Shown in pieces: positions 26,190 to 40,075 of a DNA stretch of 64,000 bases (the first letter of the stretch is position 1; the number at the start of each line of letters is the position of its first letter). The position numbers and the translations under genes are program-made. Below the pieces are notes generated by a model. That model saw only the letters and a list, made by a program, of their open reading frames with translations. It was not told the origin of the DNA and ran no database searches. Source of the DNA: Rhizophagus irregularis (taxonomy: Eukaryota); NCBI RefSeq assembly GCF_026210795.1, contig NC_089434.1, positions 5,580,001 through 5,644,000 on the forward strand, in the 5' to 3' direction.

Positions 26190-28583
26190 TCTCTCACGAT
26201 CACGTTATCTCAAAATTTTTCGTTTTTTTGGAATTATCTTTATTTATAGAACCTTGATTTATCATGTGCAATCTAAATTAGGGACGTTGATTTACTAACC
26301 AATTAAAATAAATGCGCGTATTTCTAACTCTCATGAGTAAGCATTTTTGAAATCATGACTAATCATGAATAGAAGATATATAAATATATCATCTATGACA
26401 CGAATCAAAATAAAATTGACAAGAGGCAGAATTTTTAATTTTTTTAAAAGAAGTGAAATAAAGATTTATAGAATTATATATGTCACTTATAATGATTAAA
26501 AATTTTTCAAAACTTTAAAAAAATTAAAAGTTTACAACTCTAATCTGTAACTATATTAAACTACTAATTAGATTTTTAAGAAAGATTAAAATAAAAAGAT
26601 TATTAGTTGTGATTGCTGTGATTAACCTCAATTTAAACCATATAAATGCAATTTTATTAGTCAAAATTTTCATTCCTAAAAGATCTTTTGTGCAAGAAGA
26701 ACTTCAAATCATTCCTTTTGACACAGAATTACCACCTTAATGGGTACTTACGAGTTAAAATAGTCTTCTGCCTCCTCATCTAATTGTTCTTCCTGACTTT
26801 GGCTAATTTATAGTATAACTTGTATAGATCCATGATCGCATTAAGAATTCTTATAATTCTTTAATGCCAATCCAAGTTATTGTTAAATCATTAAAATTTA
26901 TTATATATATGTAAGAATAATATTAGTTAAAATAGCCAAATTGTACTTTTTTTTTATTAAATATATTTAATTAAATTCACAATACTTTTACATACTATTC
27001 TATATGTAATATAATTAAATCTTAATTTTATTGGGTTTCAAAAAATTTGAAATATAGATTTTTAGTACTATAGTATTTTTTTAATAATTATCTTTATACT
27101 ACTATTTTATATTTTATATTAAATTTTTTTAGCAAGAAATTGGATTTGAAAATTTAATTAATATTTTTCTATAAATAATAGCTGATAATAAAATAATTTA
27201 TTATTTTAAATAAAACTATCATAGTAAAATTATAAAAATAAATACCTTTTTTTGCAATCATATAATTAATAAAATTGATAGAAGTACTATTTATTTTTAT
27301 AACCTTTATAATAATCTTTTTTTTATGTATCTAAAAAATATACTTTATTTTTTTAAAAAATAGTTACACTAAAAAAAAATATTTCTATAAAAATAAGTGT
27401 AAAATTACCATTTCTTTAAATAAATGCAAAAGTTTTTCTTTTGTACTTTTGTTTTAAAGCTAAAGTCTAAAGTTTATTTTCTATAAAACCGTTTATTATA
27501 AAATAAATATTATAATAAAAAATATGGTATTGGTAATGGTAATACTAATAAGAAACTTTGTATATAAATTATAATAAATGATAAATAGTCTTTTATTTTA
27601 ACTTAGAAGTATTTGTACTTATTTATATTTGTAATTTTTTTTTACTTTTGTTAATAAATGTGCAGTATATTCAAAAAAAAAATACTAATAAGAAATATAA
27701 TTTTTATATTTTTACTATTTTTGATTTTTAGAAGTACTTATAAAATATTTATAAGGTACTTATTTTTAATTTTTATAAATACTATTGCAAATCAACAAAA
27801 ATACTTATTTTCAAAGGATGCTTATTTTTACAATTTTATGATAATTAACTAGTAAATTTAGGTATTACTTTAGATTTTCAGGTTTAATATTTTAAATTAA
27901 TTAGTAATTTCCATTTTAAATTAATTAAATAAGAATTTTTAAATTTTTTCTTAATATTACTCTTAAGTAAATAATAATAATATATGACAGTTTATAAAAG
28001 AATATAAAAGTTAGAAAATATAATTCAACCCAGTTTAATTACTTTGATATTTACTTTTAAAATGGATAGAATTTAATTTATTACTTTTAATAAAATTTAC
28101 CAGAATTATAAGGTAAAATTTATATAAGAAAATTTTAAAAATCCTACTATATATAAATCACTGGTCAAAAACCAATATATCAGGTAGCAGATATGTATCA
28201 GATATGTACCCGATATGTGTAGTATTAATGCAGAAAATCGGGTACCTGATATGTAGACATATGTGTAAATATATATATCATATACATATCGGGTACCGAT
28301 ACGTATATTTATATATATAAACATGTATACGATATATATATTTACACATATCTTACACATATCGGGTACCCGATTTTCTGCATTAATACTACACATATTG
28401 GGTACATATCTGATACATATCTGCTACCCGATATATTGGTTTTTGACTAGTAGTAGCAACTCTCTCCTGAATTTTTCAAAAACGAAATTTTCACTAAAAA
28501 TATTTTTTATTATTTTTAAAAAATAATACAAACTACTAATAAAATTTTATATTTTATATATTCCCAACTCGAAGCCCTCTACT

Positions 28584-30703
28584 ATGTCTGGTAACTATGC
28601 CAAGAGAGGCCGTGGAGGTCATAACCCTAACAGTAGGAAAGCTTCCCGTCAAGAACGAAAAAATAATAACTCCGATAACTCAAGCTCCGATGGTGAAAAC
28701 ACTGTCCAGCAGAAACGTAATCGTACGATTACCGAAAATTCTATGGAAGAAGACTACGTTGCCGATGACCAGACGGCTGACGTTGGAGTAGATGGATTTT
28801 CCTCTTCTCCTCAACAAAATATCTCTGGCGAAAATACTTTGACCTCCTCCCCGAAAAAATCTGCTGCGCCAACTGCGCCCAGTCACGTCCGCGTCTTCTG
28901 GAAACGTGGACGCGTCCATGCATGCACCTTTAAACAAAGACTTGCAACAACCCCCTAACGCGTCGCCCAATCTGGATACCAATGGCGCTCCAGATGACGA
29001 TCATACTTCAGATCCAGCGCGACCCTCGCCATAACCAGAGAAGATTTTCAGGCTGCGGCTGCACAGATGCTGCCCCCTGAATCTCTTAAGAAATTCCCTA
29101 CCAACAAAGCCCTTGTGAGGTGTTAATAATCTTTTTAGAAACTGCAGTCGTTTACTGGAAAAGCACGTATGACTGGTTCAGTGAAGCCAAACGCTCCGTT
29201 ATCAGCCATACAGCTGAAGACGCGATCTGCGTTGGTTCCACCCTCCTGAGACGGCTTAATCTTTCGTGCACGTGACCCTCGCCAACTCCGATCAATGAAG
29301 ATCTCCGGGCTATCCAAGTTACCGATATCCCTTTCTTCATTAAAAAAGACAACCTCATGGCTTATTTTAAGAAATTTGGTAATATCACCTCTTGCCGCCT
29401 TTTCTCCAGGCCTAATGCCAAAGTTCAGCAAGCCCGCATTGTTTATGATCACGCCGATTCTATTGCTCGTTTTACCGACCAATGGGCTGTGTACTGTTTC
29501 TCCACCTGCTCCAGTTACTCATGTGTTCAATATTCTGTGGATCAAAAGGCTGCGCGCCGTCAATACGTTGCCACCCTCACCCAACTTCCCCCAATGTTAA
29601 GGATATCAATTTGGCTCCCTTACCCTTTTCTCGTAGCCTTGGCGCTAAAGCTGTCCCAATGTGCCGCTTTCTCTAAACTCTTCTGAGCCCAAAGATGGGG
29701 GCTTTATGTCACCTTGATTCCCAAGAAACCATGGATGCTGCTATGGAACAGACTGTCAGCTTCCAAGGCAAAGTGCTTTTCTGGTCCTCCCCAGATAATT
29801 ACTAACAAACTTTGTCACAGATGTGGCAAATTAGGTTGTGCTCCAAATTTTTGCCCACTCAAACAAACCAGAGGTGAAGTCGCACTCGCGGCGCCCCGTT
29901 GCAAAACTTAAAGAACGATTTAATGTTAATCAACCTCATCGCTCCAATTCTAGCGTCGCCAATCGCACGTTCTCGCTCTCGATCTCGCTCCAAATCTAAA
30001 GATCGATCCGCTTCCAATTCTGGACGAGCCAATAACGATTTTGCCCACGACCACTTACTTAATAATGATAATAATCATAACAAACCCCCTCCCAGTACCT
30101 CTCATCGTGCCCGCCATAATAGCAAAGAACGATCGGTCTCCTTTTCTTCCTCCTCTCGTTCTAAAGCACGTCCCTTACCTCGACAAACTCCTAACTCTGC
30201 ATTATCTCCTGATGACGCTAATAACATTTTAAACCTTTTGCGAGAATTACAATGTGAAGTTGCCGAACTTTCACAAACGCATCTCCGCTCTTGAACTTGC
30301 TGACCAACGGATGACTCGTATTGAATCGCACCTTGGCCTCGATCCACTTCCTGTGCCCAATGAACCCTGAACCGGACCTCATGCAAGAAGATGCCCCTGT
30401 AACTCATGTTCCGCTTAATATTCAGTCTTCCGCTAAATCTTCACGCCCCCCAAAAGCATTTTAACGCGACCTTCGCCTACATTCACTATTATTCCTGACA
30501 CATCACTTCCTTCTTCTCACCTTTCTCCAAATGCTCCTCCTTTTACCCCTATCTCCTCCACGCAAGAAGAAATTAATGATCTCAAAAATAGTAGAGTCGT
30601 TATTGAAAGTAAATTGGACCAACTTACTGGTCATATCAAACAATTCATTAGCTCCATTGGTGGTGCTCCCCTAGAACAAGCTGATTCAGCTTCTTCTATT
30701 TAA
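28584..30703 (+). pseudogene. LINE ORF1 (RRM-like, Zn-knuckle-like, RS-rich, coiled coil), multiply frameshifted
   Basis: Pieces YFKKFGNITSCRLF..QQARIVYD (RRM-like), CHRCGKLGCAPNFC, RSRSRSRSKS, ILNLLRELQCEVAEL; TAA at 30701-30703. Confidence 0.8.
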
Positions 30704-30753
30704 TTTTCTTCTTCAAATCTTATCTTCCCGACTGTTTTTATCATTGTGTTTTA

Positions 30754-33700
30754 ATGTCGAACAATAATTTTAATTATGACACCTTTGTACGAAACCCTCC
30801 CAACCCCAATAATGTTACTGAACTTTTTTCACATGAATCATTATTTTCTTCTCCTAGTAACACTTCTCCTATCCCCAATTCATTTAATATCTCCTCTTTT
30901 AATGTCAATGGCCTTAAAATGCATGGTCAGACTAAATTAGAAGAGATTTCTACCTTCTTTTCTCTAAAACATATTTCCTTTGGTGGTATTGTTGATACTC
31001 ATATCCACCCTAAACAAATGAAGTTTTTATCCAAACGACTTTCTAATTATACTGTGTTTTCTTCGAATTTGGATACTTCTAAACAAATTCTCTCTTCTGG
31101 TGGTGTTTCCCTATTTATAGAAAATTCTCTTGCATCACATGTACAAGACTTTAAATCCCATTCTTCACGACTGCTTTCTGTTGATTTATATTTCAAAGGC
31201 AATGTTAAATTGCGTATATTTGTTATTTATATCCCTCCCCCTGCTGAAAGTGTTCTGCGCACCGACACTATTGATTTGCTTATTCAACAACTTATCCTTA
31301 CTAAACAAGCTGGTTTTTATCATGCTGTTTGTGGCGATTTTAATATGCATTTAGATAAATATTATCCTATTTATTTTAATCAACCTCAAATTGCTTCAAA
31401 ACATATACACCGATTACTTTTTCATCTCCTTTCCCATGGATATGAAGATTTTACACCCATTAATCTTTCCGATTCTTTAGGTACCTTTCAACGCAATGAC
31501 CACATTACTCGTGTTGATTATGTATGGTCCTGCCCTCTTCTCAAAGGATTTGCTCTTACTGCTTGTATTTTTAATGCTCAAGACATCTGCACATCTGATC
31601 ACAACCCTGTCATCACATATTATGATATGTCTTTACTTTTTGCCTCTACCAAATTGGCTCGCGCTCGTCAACTTAAGCGCCAAACCCGTCGCATTTTCAA
31701 ATTTGATTCTGTAACTGATACTCAATGGACGGAATTTGCTGACAAAGCTGATGCCTTATGTGATGTTTCACCATCAACCTTTTCCTCCTGGCATATCAAT
31801 CAGATGTGCGAATACCTTCAATCGCGAATCCTTAAATCCGCCAACGCTACTTTACCTTCTTCTACTGTTGGCAATAATTATACTCCTAAGGTTCCTAAAG
31901 ATCTGGAAATTTTAACTCAAAATTATCGGTTTTTAAATCGCCTAATGCATTCGATACGTCTATTGCGCAAATATCCTTTAACTTATTCTGCTGCTCATGA
32001 ACATAAGTGGTCTATACATTTGCATCGACTTCAGAACATTCTTCAATTATATAAGAAAATTTTTACTTTCATTCCTACTCTGCCCTTTTCTCTTTCATCA
32101 TGTCGACAAGATAATTTCAAGTCACTTCTTGATGATTTATCCAATATTTCAAAATCCTTACGGGGATTTCATTTACTACAAGAAAAAGAATTCCAAGACT
32201 CCTCCATCCGTGCTCACTTGGACGATAGGAATAATAATTTTGAAACTGACCTTTCCTCCTTTATTGATTCAGCGCTTTCTCGCACCCGTCGCCGTATCAC
32301 TTTGGACCGTGTCTTCATCGACCATCCTTCTCAACCTCAGTTGTTGACTGCTCCTAAGGACATAGATGATGCTGTTGTTAACCATTTCCAAAACTTTGTA
32401 CCTATAAAGTCCACTCCTCCTGTATCTATCGATACACTACCCGATAGATGGTCTTCTGCCTATCAACCTATGGATGATGTGTCCTCCTCCATCTATGATT
32501 CTTTAATGAATCCCCCCTACCCTTGATGAATGGTTATCCACCGTTTCTTCCACTCCTAACGGTAAAGCCTCTGGTCCTTCCATGATTACTTATGAAATGC
32601 TCAAACATCTCGGATCTCGTACCTCGGCTTTACTTCTCATTTTGATTCAAGCATGTCTTTCCAAAGCTGATATTCCTGATTTATGGCGACAAGCAATGGT
32701 TTTTCCTATCCCCAAACCTCACGAATGGAAGTGTCAATTAAAAAATACTCGCCCTATTACCCTACTTGAAGTGATTAGGAAATCTCTTGTCAAACTTTTT
32801 TATAATCGCCTTTCTACCATTATGGCTTCACATGATGTTCTTAAAGGTGGTAACTTCGCTGGTCTTCCTGGAGGTTCTTGCCGCGACCCTATTATTACTT
32901 TAGAATCTATTATCCATGATGCTGATATCAACAAAAACCCACTTTGGATTCTTTCCCAAGATATTTCTAAAGCTTTTGATTCTGTTGATTTAACGATGTT
33001 ACGTTTCGCTTTAGAACGTATACGTCTTCCAGCCTCCGCTGTTATGTTTATTCTTTCACTTTTTATGAAACGCACTAATCGCGTTTTCACTGCTCATGGA
33101 TCTACGCCTGCCTATAGGGTTCGCATTGGTATTGACCAAGGCGAAGTTATTTCTCCTCTTTTATGGGTCATTTATATTGATCCCTTACTTACTATTCTGA
33201 AGAATGAGATGATGGACCCTTATGTTCTTTCTACACCGTCTTTAATTGATTCTTCAAGTCCTTCTCTTGATTTGAAGATTAATAATTTAGTATTTATGGA
33301 TGACTCTACTCTTATTTCCTCGTCAAAAGCTGGCATGGAATTTATGTTATCCATTACTGAAGAATTTTATCAGATCAATAACACTTCTGCCAATCATAAC
33401 AAATATGTGTTAATCACTAATTCGTTGCCTTTGACTCCGAATTCCACTTTATCCCCTATCACTTTTAATTTGGATTTATCCTTTTTAAATAGTGTTCCTT
33501 CCATTACTATTACCCCAATTTCCATGACAACTTCTTTTCGTTTTTTAGGTGTTTGGTTTAACATTAAGAGCTCCCGTGATTTTGTCAAGAAGCAACTCAA
33601 ACGCGAATGCTGCTCCTTTGCTGCGACCATCCGACCTGCAAAGCTCTCTTCCAAACAAGTTGTGTATTTACATAATGCCGTCCTTATACCGAAACTTGAT

Positions 33701-36382
33701 TATCGGATGCAAGTTACTCACTTATCTGAATCTGATTGTCACCTAATAACGAGAAGTATACGATCTGTCGTAAAGCATAAAGCAAACTTTTCTCGTTCTT
33801 TACCTAATTCCATTTTATTTTTGTCTCATGCCTTGGGCTTGATTAATTTGTTTGCTCATCAACGACAATGTCATATTACTAATTTATTTTTAATGGCTAA
33901 CTCTTCTTCTGTTTTTATTCAATCTCTTTTTATTTATAGATTGAGTTTAATTCAATATAATTTTTTGATTCCTATTTCTCCCCTTTTAATTAAAGATTGG
34001 TCTATATGGTCTTCTCTATTTTCTTTCAAAAAAGATTATATCGCATGCACTATTGCTCTCTTGTCTTCTACTCCTTTTCGGTTGCTTCACACTCAATTAT
34101 CGAAGCTTCCAAATTTATCCTTGATAGATGGATGCGTTCCTTTATTTGAATGCATGACGCCTATAGCCTTTAAAGCTTATTTTCCCATCCTGCGTAAACG
34201 ACAACTGTTTTATTTATCTCAGCTTGTTACTCCTCAAGGAACTCATTTAATTTCCTGGAAGGCTTACTATGATAATTTGGTTGGACGACGTGGCCCTCGG
34301 CCGTATCCCTTATTGGTATAAAGATATCCAACAAGCTACCACTGTTCGACTCCAATAATCGTTTGCTGGATCAGTTTATTACTCTGCATACGAATGCTTC
34401 TTCATTTTATGAATTGGAACCTTGTCTATCCTCTCCTCCCACTACAAAAAATTGGATTGTCACGTTAGACGATCTTGGTTCTCCCATCTTCGGCAAACAA
34501 CTTTTGGTCCAAACAAGTCGTGGTACTTGTTCCATTGTCCATTGGGTCTCTCCTGATTGTGAATCTTCGCCTGGAGATCTTATTCGACTTTCTCTTCGCC
34601 CCTGGCTGCGCTGCCCATATTCCCCTACCTCCTTCCAAAAAACGGAATGCTGATTTAACCCTATGTACAACTACGGTCTCTCTACGCCATTCGCTTATTT
34701 TGCCCACTACCAATGAACGAATTAGACGTACTACCTCTGAAGTGACTTCACCTTTTACCTGGGCTGATATAGAAGATGGTGTCCGTCTTTATTATAGTAG
34801 ATTGGATTTTGATTCCGATTCTTATTCTGCAGATACCGCTATAGCCCCTAATACTCCTGTCGCTATTGAATCCTCGGCTGCTGCTGTCTTTGCAAATTCC
34901 CCGCTGGTCGTTTATCGGATTCGCGTTATACCTTTTTCGCTGATGGGTCTCTTATTAATTTAGGCACTCCCGATGTCTCTATGGGCTGGTCTTGGATGCA
35001 AATAGTCCCTGATGCAGGTTTTCCTAACTCTATCGCCACTTACGCTCACGGCCTCATACGTGATAATCCCTCTTCTTCTCGTGCTGAGGCTGCTGCTATT
35101 TATGCAGTTTTAACTATTTCTCCACGTGACTCAGAAGTTACTATTTATACTGACTCGCAAACTGCCATTGATGGTCTCCGAAGTTGTTTTTCCTCTATTT
35201 ATTCAAATAGTCGTTTGTACTATAAAACTACAAATTTTGAACTTTGGGCTATTATCGAGCGAACCATCCTCTCAAAAAATTTGACTGTCCTTCCCGTCAA
35301 AGTTAAAGCTCATTCTGGCAATTACTTAAACGATTTTGCTGACTCCTTGGCCAATACTGCTCATACCGCGTCAACCAGTATTTTGATCTCTGGAATGGAC
35401 CTGGCCTCTGCCCATGATTTTGTCTTAATTTATGACAATGATGTTGTTTGTGAATTTAATCCACGACACCTCCTAAAACAATATTATCAAACGCAGTTAA
35501 TGCGCGATTTGTTAAATTTAACGCGATTTCACTTTATTACTTTATTATCAATTAATATAGATTATATTGTTGACTGGGAACTTACTTGGTTCACCTTAAA
35601 TTTTAAGCCCTCTCATGATGCATCTTTTACTCCTGAGCACGCTTCAAGACACCTAACCTTTAAATTCAAACTTTTCTTGGATGATTTGCCTACACTGGAA
35701 AAGCTTAAACGGACCCGACCAGACTTATACATGGACGAATTAACTTGCCGTTCTTGTATCGACCGCATGGAAGACCTGATGCACCTTTTTATGTGCAAAA
35801 GACGACGTCTGCCTATGCAGCAAATTCTCCAATCTTATCAAAATCATTTGATTTCCAAACTTCTGGAAGCGAGTAATTTGGTTGATACTGATCCTACTCC
35901 ATTTATAGCTAAACTTACTTCTCTTTCATGCTGGTCCTTTTCTTCTACAAATTGGTCCTCCTTCGCCCTTATCCGTGGTTGCTTACCCAAACTTTTCATC
36001 GACTTATTTGTTGATTTATCCATTCCGAGAACTTCTGCGATTAAAGTTATCGCTGCTATTCATAACAATTTTGTCCAGAAATTCAGAAGACGAATCTGGA
36101 ATCCGCGTTCTTTATGAGAAAAGTAGATGGGAAAATGCGATGAACATTACCTATAAGTTGAAAACTACTCCGAAGCCATCCAATCTGCCTTTGTCGATGT
36201 ACATACCTTACTCATCTTTACCACCTCCGACCCTACACGATTCACGTGACTCCGGAACCGATTGGTTGAAGAACTCGATGAAATATGGTTTGCCTTGGTT
36301 TAATCACTTTTCGGGTTTTATGGGTCGTCTAACGGTGCTACTTAATAACAGCTTTTGCAGGATGGAGTGTCGATTTTTATAG
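30754..36382 (+). pseudogene. LINE ORF2: AP endonuclease, reverse transcriptase, RNase H, CCHC; several frameshifts
   Basis: APE: SFNVNGL, GDFN, RVDYVW, SDHNPV. RT: RPITLLE, QDISKAFDSV, GIDQGEVISPLL, FMDD, FLGVW. RNase H: ADGS, RAEAAA, YTDSQ, KVKAHSG..NDFAD. Zn finger CRSC..HLFMC. Confidence 0.95.
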
Positions 36383-36653
36383 TGGGCGCGCTATTCGTTA
36401 TTTTGTTAGCATAGTTGCTTCTACTTTGGTTGGAATATATCAAGGGGGAAGATCTGGGGAAATTTAGTGTAATGCGATTTTTCTTTTTTTAGATTAATTT
36501 TTTACTTTATTTTTTCTTAGGAGACTATATAGCTTTGTTTTTAGTTAGTTTTATTTTTATATCTTTCTTTTTATTTTTGTAAATTGTTAAAGTTCGAATA
36601 AATTTAATAAAGATAAAGGCTACTATGCCACGTTTGCCTGGTTTTTGACTAGT

Positions 36654-37810
36654 TTATCAAACGCAGTTAATGTGTGATTTGTTAAATTTAACGCGATTTC
36701 ACTTTACTTCTTTATTGTCATCTAATATAGATTATATTGTTGACTGAGAACTTACTTGGTTTACTTTAAATTTCAAGCCCTCTCATGATGCATCCTTTAC
36801 TCCTGACCACGCATCAAGACACTTAACCTTTAAATTCAAATTTTTCTTGGATGATTTGCCTACATTGGAAAAGCTTAAACGGACTCGACCAGATTTATAC
36901 ATGGACGAATTAACTTGCCGTTCTTGTATCGACCGCATGGAAGACCTGATGCACCTTTTTATGTGCAAAAATCGTCGTCTGCCTATGCAACAGATTCTTC
37001 AATTTTATCAACATCATTTGATTTCTAAACTTCTGGAAGCCAGAAACATGGCTGACATTGACCCTACTTTACTTATTGCTAAACTTACTTCTCTTTCATG
37101 CTGGTCCTTTTCTTCTACAAATTGGTCCTCCTACGCACTTGTCCGTAGTTGTTTGCCTAAACTCTTTATTGACTTATTTGTCGATTTATCCATCCCAAGG
37201 AACTCTACGATTAAGGTTATTGCTGCTATTCACAACAATTTTGTTCAAAAATTCAGATGACGAATTTGGAATCCGTGTTCTTATGATAAAAGTAGATGGG
37301 AAAATGCGATGAATATTACCTACAAGTTGAAAACTACTCCGATGCCTTCTAATTTGCCTTTGTCAACGTACATACCTTACTCATCTTTACCACCTCCGAC
37401 CCTACACGATTCACGTGACTCCAGAACCGATTGGTTGAAGAACTTGATGAAATATGGTTTGCCTTGGTTTAATCACTTTTCGGGTTTTATGGATCATCTA
37501 ACGGTGCTACTTAATAACAGCTTTTGCAGGATGGAGTGTCAATTTTTATAGTGGGCGCGCTATTCGTTATTTTGTTAGCATAGTTGCTTCTACTTTGGTT
37601 GGAATATACTGGCAAGGGGGAAGATTCAAGGGGAAATTTATTGTAATGCGATTTTTCTTTTTTAGATTAATTTTTTACTTTATTTTTTCTTAGGAGACTA
37701 TATAGCTTTGTTTTTAGTTAGTTTTATTTTTATATTTTTCTTTTTATTCTTGTAAATTGTAAAGTTCGAATAAATTTAATAAAGATAAAGGCTACTATGC
37801 CATGTTTGCC
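36654..37810 (+). mobile_element. Second, 5'-truncated copy of the same LINE family
   Basis: Homologous to 35484-36638 with many substitutions (about 8 in the first 90 nt) and in-frame TGA stops (~36745, 37258); flanked by the same 15-mer at 36639-36653 and 37811-37825. Confidence 0.93.
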
Positions 37811-38160
37811 TGGTTTTTGACTAGTGAATAAATTACATATAAAAAAGGAAATATTACAGATTTTTTTCTTTTTCAATCAATTAATCAATAGAATTGCTAG
37901 TAAAATTACTAATAAATTTTAATAATTATTAAATTTATATTTAAAGGAAATATTATATTATAAAGAATAAAAATTCTAGTTTTAAAATTGTTATTTTAAC
38001 ATAAAATAAATTAATTTTATTTTATTATAAAAATATATTATTTTTTCAATTAATATAACAATATTATATTGGTATTCATATTGAAATATTTTTTGTTATT
38101 TTTTATTCTTTAAAAGATTATTATTAATTATAATTTTATATATATAATTTTTAAAATATA

Positions 38161-38571
38161 TTTATCGCAATTTTCAAATTACTGAAAATAGTTTAAATAG
38201 GAAAATAAAATAAAAAAAAATGATTTTTTTCAAAAACCCATAAAAACAGTAAATTTTATTGTATTTTCGGAAGGAAAAGGTGCGATTATAACATGAAAAT
38301 CTTAATTTTAGGATGAAAAATCTAACTCTTAGGTAAGTTTACTTATAGAGAACTTTTTAGGTTACATACAATCTCAAAAGTCACTTATATGCAAACTTGC
38401 TGAAAATTTAAGTTTTCTGCTCTAAAATTAACATTTTCAGGTTATAATCGCACCTCCTCTATCTAAAAATGCAATAAAATTTACTGTTTTCGTGAGTTTT
38501 TGAAAAAAATCATTTTTTTTATTTTATTTTCCTATTCAAACTGTTTTCGGTAATTCAAAAATTGCAATAAA
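38161..38571. mobile_element. ~410-bp foldback (palindromic) element
   Basis: Arms of about 200 bp are imperfect reverse complements (AGGTGCGATTATAAC / GTTATAATCGCACCT; AAAACAGTAAATTTTATTG / CAATAAAATTTACTGTTTT); centre near 38365. Confidence 0.8.
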
Positions 38572-39242
38572 ATAAAAAATAATTTATAATATTAATATAT
38601 AATAATTTATATTTTTTTATTTAACTTTAATTTAAATTTATATTATATATGTTAGTATTAAAAAGTTGTATTATTATATTTACAAAAATATATATGTATA
38701 TATATAGTAAAATATAGTAAATAATAATTAGTAAAATTTTTTTTTTAGAAAATTTTATAAGTTTTTTTATTATTTTACTATTTTATTTATCTATAATATT
38801 AAGAGATTATATATATTTCATTAGAAAAAAATACTAAAAATATTGGAAGGCTGTAAAAACTAAGATTAAAAAATTAAATATATAATATAATTTATATTAA
38901 AAATTTTTCAATAAAAAAGTAAAAGTTTATTTTGTATATTTTTGAATAAGAAATTAATAAATAAGATAAAATTAATTTGAAAGAGTTTAGAAATAGTATT
39001 TATGATATTAAAATTCAAATTATATTTGAAATTAACTATTTTTTTTATTAAAAAATATTAATATTATTGAAAATAATATATTATCAAATAGTAAATTAAA
39101 TATAAATTTTACATATGGGCCGATTTGGCTCACTTCGGTTATGTCATCTATAAAATGATCAACTGCCGATCATTTACTAATTTATTAAATATCACATTTA
39201 TTTACATTATTTCTTTTTGAATAACTACGCGAAACTTCTAAA

Positions 39243-40075
39243 ATGACACAGTGTAATTTTCCTTGCTTTTTATGTTCTAAAATTTTTAATACAAGGAAAA
39301 AATTGCAAAATCATGAACGAAATGTACATAAAAATAATAAACTTATTTCACACCGTCATATACTTCATCAACCTTCTAATGAAACAATGTCATTTTATCG
39401 AGACGCAATAATAATTCGTTTAAAAAATAGTCTTGGATTTAACAGACATTCAGTTAGAAAAAAACATATAACAATTGACGCGTTTCCAGAGGATGTATTT
39501 GTGTCTTTATTTGAAAATGAAGATAATTTCAAATATATACCAAGCCAGCGAAAATATCAATGTATTTTGGAAGGAACAGTAGGTGAGGAACAATTGAAGA
39601 AAATATTTAAATATGACCAAATAATATTTCGTGAAAATATTAATACTTCAACTCGAGGGTATATATTATTTGAGAATAATGATGGTCAATATAAAGCAAT
39701 ATTTAATTGGAAACAAAAAGAATTAAAAGAAAATACAAGACATTTTTTGTCTGGAATTTTGACAATTAACTTTATTGCTGACTCTGGTGAATTCATAAAT
39801 GAGTAAGATTTATGAAAATTCTGTGTTATTAAAAGATATTTTTGTGTTAACTTTATTTTATTAATTTTAGTCAAGAAAATTATGTAGCGCCACTTCAACC
39901 ACTTCAACCGCCATCATCTAATGATGATCATATTTTACATATAATATATTCCAATCCACCTTATAACGCATCTAACAATAAACTTTCATCAAATAATAAA
40001 TCAACAACCTTTACCAAACCACAATATAGATATATTTTACCACGTCCCCCTTTATCAAATACAAATAATTCTTAA
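39243..40075 (+). CDS. C2H2 zinc-finger protein, 2 exons, transposon-borne
   Basis: CFLCSKIFNTRKKLQNHERNVH; intron GTAAG (39803) to TTTTAG (39870) gives an open exon 2 ending YRYILPRPPLSNTNNS*. Confidence 0.8.

Larger units (their letters stand above)
28452..36638 (+). mobile_element. Apparently full-length non-LTR retrotransposon (L1/Tx1-like layout, with RNase H)
   Basis: 5'UTR, ORF1, ORF2, 3'UTR; flanked by TGGTTTTTGACTAGT at 28437-28451 and 36639-36653; no poly(A) tail. Confidence 0.93.
28159..37826. mobile_element. CACTA-type foldback MITE (~294 bp) expanded to 9.7 kb by two LINE insertions in its right TIR
   Basis: Left end CACTGGTCAAAAACCA (28159); 28159-28451 is a long palindrome; true right end TGGTTTTTGACTAGTG at 37811-37826; 3-bp TSD AAT at 28156-28158 and 37827-37829. 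Confidence 0.88.

Noticed and set aside
25920..26249. ORF with HRFTYI repeats
   Set aside because: Non-ATG start and an 18-bp minisatellite; no other coding evidence.
28106..28526. Mirror-image ORFs on opposite strands
   Set aside because: Consequence of the palindromic MITE.
28584..36382. Programmed frameshifting in the LINE ORFs
   Set aside because: Many scattered single-base indels with few stops; decay or long-read consensus error is simpler. Raw reads would decide.
35484..37810. LTRs or a recent tandem duplication
   Set aside because: The repeat is the 3' coding end plus UTR, absent from the 5' end, clearly diverged and bounded by target copies.
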